From NCBI GenBank assembly GCA_965279525.1, contig CBDIIB010000004.1:288001-352000 (forward strand): 64,000 nucleotides of DNA, in the 5' to 3' direction. Shown here in pieces: positions 37,753-47,333 of the stretch. Made by a program: the position numbers and the translations under genes. The notes under the pieces are model-generated. The model searched no databases. It saw only the letters and a program-made list of their open reading frames with translations, and had not been told where the DNA came from. Origin of the DNA: Tagaea sp. (lineage in GTDB: Bacteria; Pseudomonadota; Alphaproteobacteria; CACIAM-22H2). The first letter of the stretch is position 1, and the number at the start of each line of letters is the position of its first letter.

Positions 37753-38079
37753 CTATGCCGAACGTGGCGCGAACAGGATGATCGCCATCCCTGCGAGACT
37801 GACCGCGGCACCGGTGAAATCCCAGCGATCCGGCTTCGCACCTTCGACGGCCCATAGCCAGATCAGCGAGGCGGCGACATAGACCCCGCCATAGGCGGCA
37901 TACGCTCGTCCGGCGAACGCGCTGTCGACCAGCGTCAGCAGGTAGGCGAACAGCGTCAGCGCTGCGACGCCGGGGAAGAGCCAGAGGGCCGAGTGGCCCA
38001 TGCGCAACCAGCCCCAGAACGCGAAGCACCCCGCGATCTCGGCGACGGCGGCGCCGACGAAAGCCAGGACATTACCCAT
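37753..38079 (-). CDS. ynfA: YnfA/UPF0060 SMR-like membrane protein
   Basis: [33 protein letters not shown]. Confidence 0.92.
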   Translation of the reverse strand: MGNVLAFVGAAVAEIAGCFAFWGWLRMGHSALWLFPGVAALTLFAYLLTLVDSAFAGRAYAAYGGVYVAASLIWLWAVEGAKPDRWDFTGAAVSLAGMAIILFAPRSA

Positions 38080-38518
38080 TGCGGCGGCGCTTGCGCTTGG
38101 TTGCCGGCTTCGACAGGTCGCCGATCATTGTGCAGTTCGATGCGGAACTGCAGGCGCAGGCGCCGAAACACTGTTTCACGAAGCCGTCGAGATGGCGCCT
38201 GATCTCCTTCAGTTCCGCGATCTTCGCGTCGACAGCGAGCAGATGCGTCTGGGCGATCGCGCGCACATCGGCGCAAGGCCGGTTGTCGACGGTGACAGCG
38301 AGCAGCGAGCGGGTCTGCTCGATCGCGAAACCGAGATCGCGGCAACGCGCGATGAAGGTCAGGCGGCGAAGTTCGCCTGCACCATAGGTGCGATGGCCAC
38401 CTTCGCGGCGTCCGGCCTGCCGCACCAGGCCGATCTCTTCGTAGTAACGGATGGTGGGAACCGAAAGGCCGGTGCGCGTTGCAACTTGGCCGATGCTTAG
38501 GTCGCGGGCAGGCTGCAT
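38072..38518 (-). CDS. MerR-family metal regulator
   Basis: [42 protein letters not shown]. Confidence 0.9.
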   Translation of the reverse strand: MQPARDLSIGQVATRTGLSVPTIRYYEEIGLVRQAGRREGGHRTYGAGELRRLTFIARCRDLGFAIEQTRSLLAVTVDNRPCADVRAIAQTHLLAVDAKIAELKEIRRHLDGFVKQCFGACACSSASNCTMIGDLSKPATKRKRRRNG

Positions 38519-38537
38519 GCAGGCTCTCCGAATAGTC

Positions 38538-38568
38538 TTGAATCTCAAGTTACTTGATGTTGTACGGT
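38538..38568 (+). promoter_or_regulatory. MerR-type promoter/operator
   Basis: -35 TTGAAT, dyad TCAAGT-T-ACTTGA, 19-bp spacer, -10 TACGGT. Confidence 0.85.
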
Positions 38569-38596
38569 CCCGCAATTGTCTCGAAAGGAACAACAG

Positions 38597-38881
38597 ATGA
38601 AACCGATTCTGGGCCTTGTCCTTGCATGTGGCGCTTGCTGCGCCGTGCCGTTCATTACGGCTGGTCTGATCGGTGTGGGAACCGCCGGCGCAGCGTTGTC
38701 GTTCTGGCAGTGGGAGTTTGGTGCGGCAGTTGCCGCACTCGCCGCAGCGGGCGGGATTGCGATCTGGTAGAGACGCAACCGGGCCGGTGCATCCTGCAGG
38801 ATTGCCGACGCTGACTCGAAGATCGAGGGTAGATACTGCTCAACCATTGTAGCGAAAGAAGTTCATCAACCGGGCCGATAA
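38597..38881 (+). pseudogene. Small Cys-motif membrane protein (CGACC), probably truncated by TAG at 38768-38770
   Basis: AAAGGA RBS; MKPILGLVLACGACCAVP..GIAIW* continues in frame as RRNRAGASCRI..YCST to TAA 38881. Confidence 0.6.
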
Positions 38882-38922
38882 ACTTCACCGGTGACGCCAA
38901 CGGAGAACACGACGCTTACCCC

Positions 38923-39552
38923 TCAGGGCAAGAGGCGCCTGATCTTCTCCAAGGCCGTCGCCTGCTCCATGTGAAAATCCAGCAGGCCGGCGAAGCGAAG
39001 ATCCTGGCCGAACAGGTAAACGCCGGCGGTGTGATCCATCGTGTACTCGCCGCCTTCCACCGGTACCTTGCGATAATAGATCCGGTAAGCCTTCGCAAAT
39101 CGAGCAAGCTGCTCAGGCGTGCCGGTCAATCCGATGATCCGGCTGTCGAACAAGCCGAGATAGTTCGCCATATTCGTTACATCGTCCCGTTCGGGATCGA
39201 CCGAAACAAAGACTGCGGCAATGTCGTTTCCGGCTGGACCCAAGACGTCGAGCCAGCCGCTCATCTCAGCGAGGGCCGTGGGGCACACGTCGGGGCATGC
39301 CGTAAATCCAAAGATGATCATCGCCGGTTTCCCGCGAAGATCGGCATCGGTAAATGGCCGTCCGCGATGATCGGTCATCGCAAACGAACCGCCGATCGAC
39401 TGGCTTGCGGATGCCGAGTCTAATTCGGCTTCGGATAGAGGGCCGTCGGTCACGAGCCAGCCCGCACTCACCGCAAGCGTCAGGAAGCCCGCAATACACA
39501 CGGCTCCCCATGACACCCAACGAAATACACGTAGAAACGACATGCGCGTCAA
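38923..39552 (-). CDS. SCO1/SenC copper chaperone
   Basis: FGFTACPDVCP, SVDPERD, YTMDHT. Confidence 0.93.
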   Translation of the reverse strand: MTRMSFLRVFRWVSWGAVCIAGFLTLAVSAGWLVTDGPLSEAELDSASASQSIGGSFAMTDHRGRPFTDADLRGKPAMIIFGFTACPDVCPTALAEMSGWLDVLGPAGNDIAAVFVSVDPERDDVTNMANYLGLFDSRIIGLTGTPEQLARFAKAYRIYYRKVPVEGGEYTMDHTAGVYLFGQDLRFAGLLDFHMEQATALEKIRRLLP

Positions 39553-40046
39553 TGACCTTGGTGCTCGCCTGCACGGGCCCGGGCCGATTCGACGGCGAGT
39601 TCGATGTCGATCTTGCCAGCTCGCTCGAACTCCAATGTCATCGGAATCCGGGCCCCCTGCACGAAGCCGTTATCCGGACCGATGATCATCAGGTGTAGCC
39701 CGTTCGGGGCTATTCGAACGGCTTCGCCCGGACGAATTTCGATACCACCTGCGACGGGGCGCATCCGCATCACGTTGTCAGTCATGGTCATCTCATGAAT
39801 TTCGACGGCACGGGCATGGGGCGTGCTGGCTCCGACGAGACGATCCGGCTCCTTGCCGACATTGTGGATCGCCAAGTAGCCGGCTGCCGTCGCCGCCTTC
39901 GCAACGACCGCTCGCGACCATGGATGCTCAATCCGCAGGTCTCCGATCTTGAATTCGTGGGCGACGGCACTTCCCGAAACCAGACCACCCAGAACGAAGG
40001 CGGCGATGACGGACGCCGAAATCCGAATGAACGATTCGCGAATCAC
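39549..40046 (-). CDS. PCu(A)C copper chaperone
   Basis: IEHPWSRA, EIHEM..NVMRMR, GLHLM. Confidence 0.92.
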   Translation of the reverse strand: MIRESFIRISASVIAAFVLGGLVSGSAVAHEFKIGDLRIEHPWSRAVVAKAATAAGYLAIHNVGKEPDRLVGASTPHARAVEIHEMTMTDNVMRMRPVAGGIEIRPGEAVRIAPNGLHLMIIGPDNGFVQGARIPMTLEFERAGKIDIELAVESARARAGEHQGH

Positions 40047-40690
40047 GATCGATTGACCTCGCTTTGGACAAGTTCCAGAAGCTGCTGCGGTCCGAACTCC
40101 CCGAGCTGCTTGCCATTGACGTAAAAGGTCGGGGTTCTCCGAATACCAAGCGTGGCGACGTCAGCCGCGTCAAAATTGAGAGCTGCGGCAATATGAGGCA
40201 TCAGGCGTTCGCGGCGGGCCCTTTCGACATCGAGGCCGGCCTGTCCTGCCGCGCTCCACGCGATGTCCAGGCGCGGGGCGTCGTGAGCCGCCCATTGCGG
40301 TTGCGCTGCCAGCAACGCTTCGAGGACCGGCAGGAACAGCCCCTGAAGCCTTGCTGTCTCGAGAATTCTCACCGCTTCGTCCGATCCGCGGTGGAAGGCC
40401 GCATAGCGGATGACGACGCGGACCTTGCCGGGGAAACGATCCATGATCTGTTTGACGATGGGGTGGAACGCCCGACAGGCCTCGCAGGACGGATCGAAAA
40501 ACTCGACGATCGTGACGGGCGCACCCGTCGGTCCGAGGATAGGGGAATGCGGACGAATGAGCGCGGTCGAATCGGCAGGCGGTGACGCTGATTCGCGCGC
40601 ACGGTTTCCGGTCGCGAAATAGGTTCCCGCGCCGAATATCCCGAGCGCGGCAGCAGCCGTCGTCGCGACCAGAATTTTGCGTCTATTCAT
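40043..40690 (-). CDS. DsbA-family thioredoxin-fold protein
   Basis: EFFDPSCEACRAF, TPTFYVNG. Confidence 0.9.
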   Translation of the reverse strand: MNRRKILVATTAAAALGIFGAGTYFATGNRARESASPPADSTALIRPHSPILGPTGAPVTIVEFFDPSCEACRAFHPIVKQIMDRFPGKVRVVIRYAAFHRGSDEAVRILETARLQGLFLPVLEALLAAQPQWAAHDAPRLDIAWSAAGQAGLDVERARRERLMPHIAAALNFDAADVATLGIRRTPTFYVNGKQLGEFGPQQLLELVQSEVNRS

Positions 40691-41123
40691 GTGTACCTCG
40701 TCGCGCGACAAGATGAAGGAAGCCAAGAATGGATACGAAGGCCACGAGCGATAGAACCGGGAGCGGCACGACGCCGAGGACGGTCATGTCGGATCCGCGA
40801 CAAGAGGGACCTTGCCCGCAAGGTTCGATCGCCGTCGGAATTACCTCATAAAAAACGAGAACGTGCCAGAACGCCAGAGCGGCGCCGATCGCCGCGAGAG
40901 GCGTCGCATACCGACCGACCTGGCGGTCGTCGTTCAGGCAGGCGACCCCAAGCAAAACGGCGAGAGGGAACATCGCGATACGCTGATACCAGCAGAGGAG
41001 ACAAGGCGTCTGTCCGAGAATCTCCCCCACGAACAAAGCGCCGAGCGATGCCGTCAGGGCCACAAGCCATGCGCCGAACAGCGCCGGGAACAAGCCACGA
41101 TCTGAAGATGATATCAAACTCAT
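40683..41123 (-). CDS. DsbB/BdbC-family disulfide formation protein
   Basis: PCLLCWYQRIAMFP, PCGQGPSC. Confidence 0.9.
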   Translation of the reverse strand: MSLISSSDRGLFPALFGAWLVALTASLGALFVGEILGQTPCLLCWYQRIAMFPLAVLLGVACLNDDRQVGRYATPLAAIGAALAFWHVLVFYEVIPTAIEPCGQGPSCRGSDMTVLGVVPLPVLSLVAFVSILGFLHLVARRGTHE

Positions 41124-41617
41124 GGCAGTTCCCCCTTCGGCTCGGCCGGTGCAGGGTAAAACGACTGGATCAACAGCATCGAGAATCCGACGAAAATGGC
41201 CACGTCGGCGAAGTTGAACGCCGGCCAGTGCCAGCCGGCCCAGTGAAAATCGAGAAAGTCGGTCACCCCGCCCTGGCGCCATCGATCGGCAATGTTCCCA
41301 AGGGCACCGCCGCAGGTGGTCCCGAGCCCGATTCTTTCGGAAGGTATATCCGTTCGCCAGGCCCATGCCAGCAACCCGGCCACGATCACCGAGTTGAGAG
41401 CTATCAGAACGATCTGCCGATCCGCCATGGACCCGCCGAACATGCCGAAGCTGACGCCCGTATTGTAGAGAAGAACGATGTTGAAGAAGGACGTGATCTC
41501 GATGATGCGTGGCGGCTGCATTATCGAGTTCACGATCAGCCATTTGGAGGTCTGATCGATCCCGAGTGCGAGCGCCATGGCGAGCGCCAGAACAACGAGC
41601 GTTCGGGCTCGCCTCAT
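41120..41617 (-). CDS. lspA: Lipoprotein signal peptidase II
   Basis: DQTSK, NTGVSFG, GALGNIADR, VTDFLD, WPAFNFAD. Confidence 0.95.
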   Translation of the reverse strand: MRRARTLVVLALAMALALGIDQTSKWLIVNSIMQPPRIIEITSFFNIVLLYNTGVSFGMFGGSMADRQIVLIALNSVIVAGLLAWAWRTDIPSERIGLGTTCGGALGNIADRWRQGGVTDFLDFHWAGWHWPAFNFADVAIFVGFSMLLIQSFYPAPAEPKGELP

Positions 41618-42186
41618 GTCCTCGTCTCCCGTACGGCGGTGAACCGGAAGCCGAGGACGAGAACCGCCAGCCCGGCAACAAGCAGTGCGATGCTTGCGAT
41701 CCCGAAGTTCGCCTCTACAGCATCCGCAATTGTCGCGCCGAGAATGTAGCCCGCCCCGACCATGAGCGCCGCCCAGATCAATGCCGAACCTGCGTTCAAT
41801 AGCGTGAAATTGATCCAGCGGATCGACGTCAACCCGACCGGGAGCGCGCCGACGGTTCGCATCCCCTTGGGATACCGATACAAGAAGATATACCAGTATC
41901 CGTAGCGGCCGAGCATGGCGGTCGCGCGATCAAAGTAGGGAGCCAACCAGCCGTACCTCGCCACGATGCGGTCGCCATACCGCCGCGAAGCCCAGAACCG
42001 TGCTTCGTCCCCGAGATATCCGCCGGCAAAAGCTGCCGAGCCTGCGGCGACCGGATCGAGGGCACCTGCCTGCGCGGCAATTCCTGCAAACAGCGGGAGG
42101 CTGCCGCTCTTTAGTGCGGCATACGCGAACAAGATTGCGTAAGCGAGGCTTCCGTACTCGCGGACAATTTCGAGAATCTGGGTCAT
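41614..42186 (-). CDS. DedA-family membrane protein
   Basis: GGYLGDEARFW, RYPKGMRT, FTLLNAGSALIW. Confidence 0.85.
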   Translation of the reverse strand: MTQILEIVREYGSLAYAILFAYAALKSGSLPLFAGIAAQAGALDPVAAGSAAFAGGYLGDEARFWASRRYGDRIVARYGWLAPYFDRATAMLGRYGYWYIFLYRYPKGMRTVGALPVGLTSIRWINFTLLNAGSALIWAALMVGAGYILGATIADAVEANFGIASIALLVAGLAVLVLGFRFTAVRETRT

Positions 42187-42202
42187 TGCCGTTGTGGAAA
42201 TA

Positions 42203-42769
42203 TCAAAGCCATCGTCGGACTTTGCGCTTGTACTCGAGATAGGGCGATCCGAGGGAGACGGCAAGAGCACGTTCTTCGACGCGAACCTGGATGATCGCGG
42301 CCGCAACGAGTGAAACCGTCAAGACAAGCTGCATCCCATCCGGGAAAAGGGCGAGAAGTCCGACAAACATCACCATCTGGCCGAGAAAGACGGGATTGCG
42401 GGAAACCGTAAAAAGGCCCGCTGCAACGAGCGGCCCGCTTTGTCCGGCGGCCGTTCCGACACGCCACGACTTGCCCATCTGGAACTGGGCAACCAAGGCG
42501 ACATAGACCCCAATCACGACGAGCGCCCCGCCGACAATGTCGAGATCGATCCCCCATATCCGGTCTTCCATCACCAGTCGATTCGGATCGTCATCGGATT
42601 CCGCTCGAAACAACGGGCCCAGCAGCATTCCGGCAAAAGCGAACCGGAACAAGGCCGCCGGAACGCGCTGTTCGCGGTTCCCCGTACCGAACAGCCATAC
42701 GTTCGATCCGGCCATCCGTGCGGCAACGGCCGTCCGGATGAAGAACACCAGCAGGTAACTGGCGAACAA
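42203..42769 (-). CDS. Second ICMT/PEMT-family membrane protein
   Basis: QMGKSWRVG, GLFTVSRNPVFLG, VEE, YKRKVRRWL; no in-frame ATG, start uncertain. Confidence 0.8.
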   Translation of the reverse strand: MFASYLLVFFIRTAVAARMAGSNVWLFGTGNREQRVPAALFRFAFAGMLLGPLFRAESDDDPNRLVMEDRIWGIDLDIVGGALVVIGVYVALVAQFQMGKSWRVGTAAGQSGPLVAAGLFTVSRNPVFLGQMVMFVGLLALFPDGMQLVLTVSLVAAAIIQVRVEERALAVSLGSPYLEYKRKVRRWL

Positions 42770-42813
42770 CGCAAACCGAATGTCTCGGCCTTCGACATCA
42801 CGTCAGGTCCGGT

Positions 42814-45033
42814 CTATCGAGTGCCTGAATCGTGGCGAAGCAGGCGCAGCGCATTCAAGGTCACCAAAACCGTCGCCCCGGTATCGGCCAGAATCGCAAT
42901 CCAAAGCCCGGTCAGCCCAAAAACGCTGGTAACCAGGAACACCGCCTTGAGGCCCAGCGCCATTGCGACATTCTGCCGGATATTCGCCATCGTGGCGCGA
43001 GCAAGCCGGATCAGGCGCGGAACGTCTGCGACCCGATCTCCCATCAACGCGCCGTCCGCCGTCTCCAACGCCACTGCCGTACCGGAGCCCATGGCGATGC
43101 CGACATTCGCGGATGCGAGCGCGGGCGCGTCGTTTATGCCATCGCCGATCATCATCACGTTCGCGGATTTCGCGAGCTCGCGGATCGCTTCGACCTTGGC
43201 GTCCGGCAGCAACTCGGCACGCACGTCAATCCCGAGGGCTCCCGCGATCGCGCGTCCGGTCGCCGCATTGTCGCCCGTCAGCATGACGGAGCGAACACCA
43301 ATTGCGCTCAACTCGTCGACGGCAGACTTCGCATCGATACGGGGCTCGTCCCTGAAAGCGATCAACCCGGTCGCCATGTCGTTGCGGACGATGACGACGA
43401 CGGTCTTGCCGTCGCCTTGCAGCGTTGCGAGGACCTCCGCGACAACCGCCGGCAGTGCACCAAGTTCGGCAGCGTAGCGCGGCGAAGCGACCGTAACCTT
43501 GGTCCCTGCCACGAATGCTTCGACGCCGCGACCGGGAATCGCTGTTGCTTGCGAGGCCGGCGCGACCATTACACCGCGGCGAGTCGCTTCGACGGCTACC
43601 GCTTGGGCGAGAGGATGAGAAGATTGCACTTCGACGCTGGCGGCGAATGCGACATTCTCGCTTTCGCTTCCATGGAAAGCGCGCACATCGGTGACGACTG
43701 GCTTGCCTTGCGTCAGCGTGCCTGTCTTGTCGAACGCAACCACCTGCGTCCGCGCGGCGGCCTCGATTACGGCTCCACCCTTCAACAGCAGTCCGCGGCG
43801 TGCACCAGCCGATAGCGAGGATGCAATCGAAGCCGGCACCGATATGACCAGCGCACACGGGCACCCGATCAAAAGCAACGCAAGCGCCCGGTAGATCCAT
43901 GTCTGCCAATCGCCATCCAACATGAGTGGAGGAAAAATCGCGACAACCGCTGCGAGCGCCACGATAGCGGGCATATAGGCGCGACTGAATCGGTCGATGA
44001 AGCGCTCGGTGGGCGCCTTCTTGTCCTGTGCCTCTTCGACAAGGCGGATTATGCGCGAGATCGTATTATCTTCGGCATGCCGCGTGACGCGGATCTCGAT
44101 CGCCGCCTCGCGGTTGATCGATCCGGCAAATACCGGCTCTCCGACGGATTTCGGCTTCGGAACGGATTCTCCCGTGACCGGCGATTCGTCAATGCTGGTC
44201 GATCCGCTTGCGATCTCGCCGTCGGCCGGAATGCGGTCGCCTGGTCGGGCAAGCACGATCTGGCCCGGTGCGAGGGTCGCGGCGCGGACCTCGCGCGTCG
44301 CGCCCTCGAATACGACAAGAGCGGTTTGCGGAATAAGGTCACCGAGTGCGCGAATGCCCGCGCGGGCGCGATCGGCCGCAACGCCTTCGAGGACTTCCCC
44401 GATCGCGAACAGGAATACGACCAAGGCCGCTTCCTCGGATGCCCCGATCGCCAGCGCGCCGGCGGCCGCGATGGTCATCAGCATCTCGATCGTAAAGGGT
44501 TGCCCCATTGACAATGCAGCAAAGGCTCGTCGGGCAACCGGAACAACGCCGATCACGCAGGCGAGTGCAAAGGCCCAGCCGACGACGGAACCAAGTTCAA
44601 GGAGCTTCGCGAACCAGGCAAATCCGAGGAGGGCACCCGTCGTAACGACCAGACGGCCCTTCGATGTCTCGTACCAACCCAACTCTTTGTCTTCCTGACC
44701 AGGGACAGTCTTCTCGGTATGGTCGTGATCATGATTGTGACCGTCCGCATGCGAATGGGTCGCTGCGTGTGCAGCAATCGGCGTCGAGGGAGCCGATTGG
44801 CGTGCCATAACGTAGCCAAGCAAACTCACTCGTCGTTCGATCTCAGCGGCCGGATTGCTGCCCACTCCGACATCGACCGTCAAAGTCTGCCCCATCACGG
44901 AGATGGAGATATTTTGAACTCCCGAGACGGGTCCGATCGCACCTTTGATCTTGATCGCGCAACTCGCGCAGTCCATCCCTTTGACAGACCAGTGAAGTCT
45001 TTCAATGGGTTGTGTGGCGCTTTCGGTCTTCAT
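42814..45033 (-). CDS. zntA: Zn/Cd/Pb P1B-2 ATPase (ZntA/CadA)
   Basis: GMDCASC, His-rich linker, TGES, CPC, DKTGT, SHP, GDGIND, K..ILADTG. Confidence 0.93.
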   Translation of the reverse strand: MKTESATQPIERLHWSVKGMDCASCAIKIKGAIGPVSGVQNISISVMGQTLTVDVGVGSNPAAEIERRVSLLGYVMARQSAPSTPIAAHAATHSHADGHNHDHDHTEKTVPGQEDKELGWYETSKGRLVVTTGALLGFAWFAKLLELGSVVGWAFALACVIGVVPVARRAFAALSMGQPFTIEMLMTIAAAGALAIGASEEAALVVFLFAIGEVLEGVAADRARAGIRALGDLIPQTALVVFEGATREVRAATLAPGQIVLARPGDRIPADGEIASGSTSIDESPVTGESVPKPKSVGEPVFAGSINREAAIEIRVTRHAEDNTISRIIRLVEEAQDKKAPTERFIDRFSRAYMPAIVALAAVVAIFPPLMLDGDWQTWIYRALALLLIGCPCALVISVPASIASSLSAGARRGLLLKGGAVIEAAARTQVVAFDKTGTLTQGKPVVTDVRAFHGSESENVAFAASVEVQSSHPLAQAVAVEATRRGVMVAPASQATAIPGRGVEAFVAGTKVTVASPRYAAELGALPAVVAEVLATLQGDGKTVVVIVRNDMATGLIAFRDEPRIDAKSAVDELSAIGVRSVMLTGDNAATGRAIAGALGIDVRAELLPDAKVEAIRELAKSANVMMIGDGINDAPALASANVGIAMGSGTAVALETADGALMGDRVADVPRLIRLARATMANIRQNVAMALGLKAVFLVTSVFGLTGLWIAILADTGATVLVTLNALRLLRHDSGTR

Positions 45034-45062
45034 GAGTAAATCCCTTCGGTTCCGACAAAGGG

Positions 45063-45093
45063 ACGATAGATGCTATAGCTACTGTAGCTTCAA
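45063..45093 (-). promoter_or_regulatory. CadR/PbrR-type promoter for the zntA operon
   Basis: Minus strand -35 TTGAAG, dyad GCTACAG-TAG-CTATAGC, 19-bp spacer, -10 TATCGT. Confidence 0.85.
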
Positions 45094-45125
45094 GTATATT
45101 CGAGTTCGATATCGGAGCATTCGCT

Positions 45126-45590
45126 ATGAAAAATCAGGCTGGCTTGCAGATCACAATCGGGCGCATTGCCGAAGCGGTCGGGTGCAAGGTGCAGACGATC
45201 CGCTACTACGAGCAGATCGGGCTGCTGGCGCGGCCCGAGCGTTCCAGCGGCAACCAGCGCATCTACGGCAGAGCCGATATGGATAGGCTCGCCTTCATCC
45301 GGCATGCTCGCGATCTCGGATTTCCGATCGAGGCAATCCGCGACCTGTTAAGCTTGTCGGATCGTCCCGATCAACCTTGTGAAGCTGCTGATACGATCGC
45401 GCGCGTGCAACTCGTTCATGTCGAGCGACGTATCGAGCAATTGCTGGCATTGAAGCTAGAACTTCAGCGCATGATCACCCAGTGTTCTGGCGGACGAATT
45501 TCCAACTGCCGGGTGATCGAAGTGTTAGGCGATCACGGGAAATGTGTCGCGCATGGCGACAAGTTGGACGGAGTGGCGTTATTGGATTGA
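45126..45590 (+). CDS. CadR/PbrR-like MerR regulator
   Basis: CKVQTIRYYEQIG, QPCEAAD, CSGGRISNCRVIE. Confidence 0.92.
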   Translation: MKNQAGLQITIGRIAEAVGCKVQTIRYYEQIGLLARPERSSGNQRIYGRADMDRLAFIRHARDLGFPIEAIRDLLSLSDRPDQPCEAADTIARVQLVHVERRIEQLLALKLELQRMITQCSGGRISNCRVIEVLGDHGKCVAHGDKLDGVALLD

Positions 45591-46054
45591 CACCTTTTTT
45601 TATTGGCCTGTACCCGTAAAAACCCTCCTGCAGAGTATTGTAAAATACGCCTGACAAGAGGAGCGGATGACGCCCACTTCGGCGGATTTTCGTGCTTACG
45701 GCCAGACGGCGTTGGTTCGGTATCGGCGGCAGCACTGGCTGCGGGACCGGATGGGCATCCGGATGAACCGCAATAGGACCCAACCAGCACTTTCATGGCG
45801 ACGCATAAGTGATTTAGTTTTTAGACATCCTAATATTGTTTAGTAAATATAAATGCAAACAATAATTTTATACTAGAATGAACGTCGCCGACGGCATTTT
45901 TTTGAGTTTTTCCACGAATTGAACCTTCCGCCTTGGCCGAATCGCTCAATCAACGTGTACGCGCGAAAAGGCATTATTTGTAAAAAAGTGAGGAAGAAGC
46001 TGTAAAATAATGGCAACTGTATTGACGCTAATTCCCATAAGTATCTGAAAAAAC

Positions 46055-46128
46055 TGGCTGGGGGACTAGGATTCGAACCTAGACTAGCTGAGTCAGAGTC
46101 AGCGGTCCTACCGTTAGACGATCCCCCA
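46055..46128 (-). tRNA. tRNA-Gln(CTG), CCA encoded
   Basis: TGGGGGATCGTCTAACGGTAGGACCGCTGA-CTCTGAC-TCAGCTAGTCTAGGTTCGAATCCTAGTCCCCCAGCCA, 74 nt cloverleaf. Confidence 0.97.
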
Positions 46129-46316
46129 GCAGGGCCGTTCGGCAAGCGGGGTGTCGTATATCGCCGTTCGGCGCCTGCGTCAATTCGAGCGCCGGTCGAG
46201 GTGGCGCCGGGTGGATTGCTTGTGCCGGATGCGGGGTCTAGAGTGTTCGGCGAAAAGCGTTTTCGCCGGAGGCCAGGCTCGGGGGAGCCGGGGTCGGAGG
46301 CGACAGGGAGTTTGGC

Positions 46317-47333
46317 GTGGTCTACGCAAGCGCCAGTCGGCGCGATGACCGGCCGTCGGCGGTGCACGGGCGATCCGAAGACAGCCTGTTCGCCGCTCTC
46401 GACTTGGGCACCAACAATTGCCGCCTGCTTGTGGCGCGGCCGGCGGGCGACGGATTTCGCGTCGTCGACGCCTTCTCGCGCATCGTGCGCCTCGGCGAGG
46501 GGCTGTCGCGCGACAACGTCCTGACCGAGACGGCGATGGGCCGCGCGATCGAAGCGCTGCAGATCTGCGCGTCCAAGCTGCGCCGGCGCGAGAGCGTGCG
46601 CTTCCGCGGCGTTGCGACCGAAGCCTGCCGGCGTGCCGGCAACGGCATGACGTTCCTGTCGCGCGTGCGCGCGGAGACCGGCCTGCTGCTCGAGCCGATA
46701 GCACCTGCCGAAGAGGCGAACCTCGCACTTGCCGGCTGCGCGCCGTTGCTCGACACCTCGCGCCCGCACGCGATCGTCTTCGACATCGGCGGCGGCAGCA
46801 CCGAGGTGATGTGGCTCGACCAGGACGAGACCGACTGGCGGATCGTCGATTTCGTGTCGCTGCCGTTCGGCGTGGTGCCGGTGGCCGAACGCTTCGGCCC
46901 CGACGCGGTCGCCGGCGACGTCTATGAAAGCGTGGTCCTCGAGATCGCCGCGGCGCTGGGCGAACTGGACGCGCGGCATGCAATCGCGGCGCAGGTCGCC
47001 GCCGGCAATGTCGACATGCTCGGCACGTCGGGAACGGTCACGACATTGTCGGGCCTCGCGATGGGCCTGCGCCACTACCAGCGCGACCGCGTGGACGGCT
47101 CGATTCTGGGTTTCGACGAGATGCGCCGCCATTCGGCCGAGCTTGCCAGCCAGGATTTCGAGACACGCGCGCGCCATCCGTGCATCGGGCGCGAGCGCGC
47201 CGATCTCGTCGTCGCGGGCTGCGCGGTGTTGGAGGGGATCTGCCGGCGCTGGGCCGTGGGCAGTTTGCGCGTCGCCGACCGGGGCCTGCGCGAAGGCATC
47301 CTGCTGGGCATGATGCGCGAGATGAGCGCATGA
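46317..47333 (+). CDS. ppx: Ppx/GppA exopolyphosphatase
   Basis: ALDLGTNNCRL, VATEACR, DIGGGSTE, DRGLREG; start uncertain. Confidence 0.9.
   Translation: MVYASASRRDDRPSAVHGRSEDSLFAALDLGTNNCRLLVARPAGDGFRVVDAFSRIVRLGEGLSRDNVLTETAMGRAIEALQICASKLRRRESVRFRGVATEACRRAGNGMTFLSRVRAETGLLLEPIAPAEEANLALAGCAPLLDTSRPHAIVFDIGGGSTEVMWLDQDETDWRIVDFVSLPFGVVPVAERFGPDAVAGDVYESVVLEIAAALGELDARHAIAAQVAAGNVDMLGTSGTVTTLSGLAMGLRHYQRDRVDGSILGFDEMRRHSAELASQDFETRARHPCIGRERADLVVAGCAVLEGICRRWAVGSLRVADRGLREGILLGMMREMSA

Larger units (their letters stand above)
1..46054. mobile_element. Heavy-metal resistance genomic island (right part) integrated at the 3' end of tRNA-Gln(CTG); left end outside window
   Basis: Abrupt change to strongly GC-rich codon usage right of the tRNA; AT-rich 45800-46054 junction; tyrosine recombinase, IS and dense metal-resistance cargo on the left; housekeeping genes on the right. 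Confidence 0.85.

Noticed and set aside
45533-45796. 87-aa minus-strand ORF near the att end
   Set aside because: Overlaps the MerR 3' end and has no RBS or motif; cannot be supported
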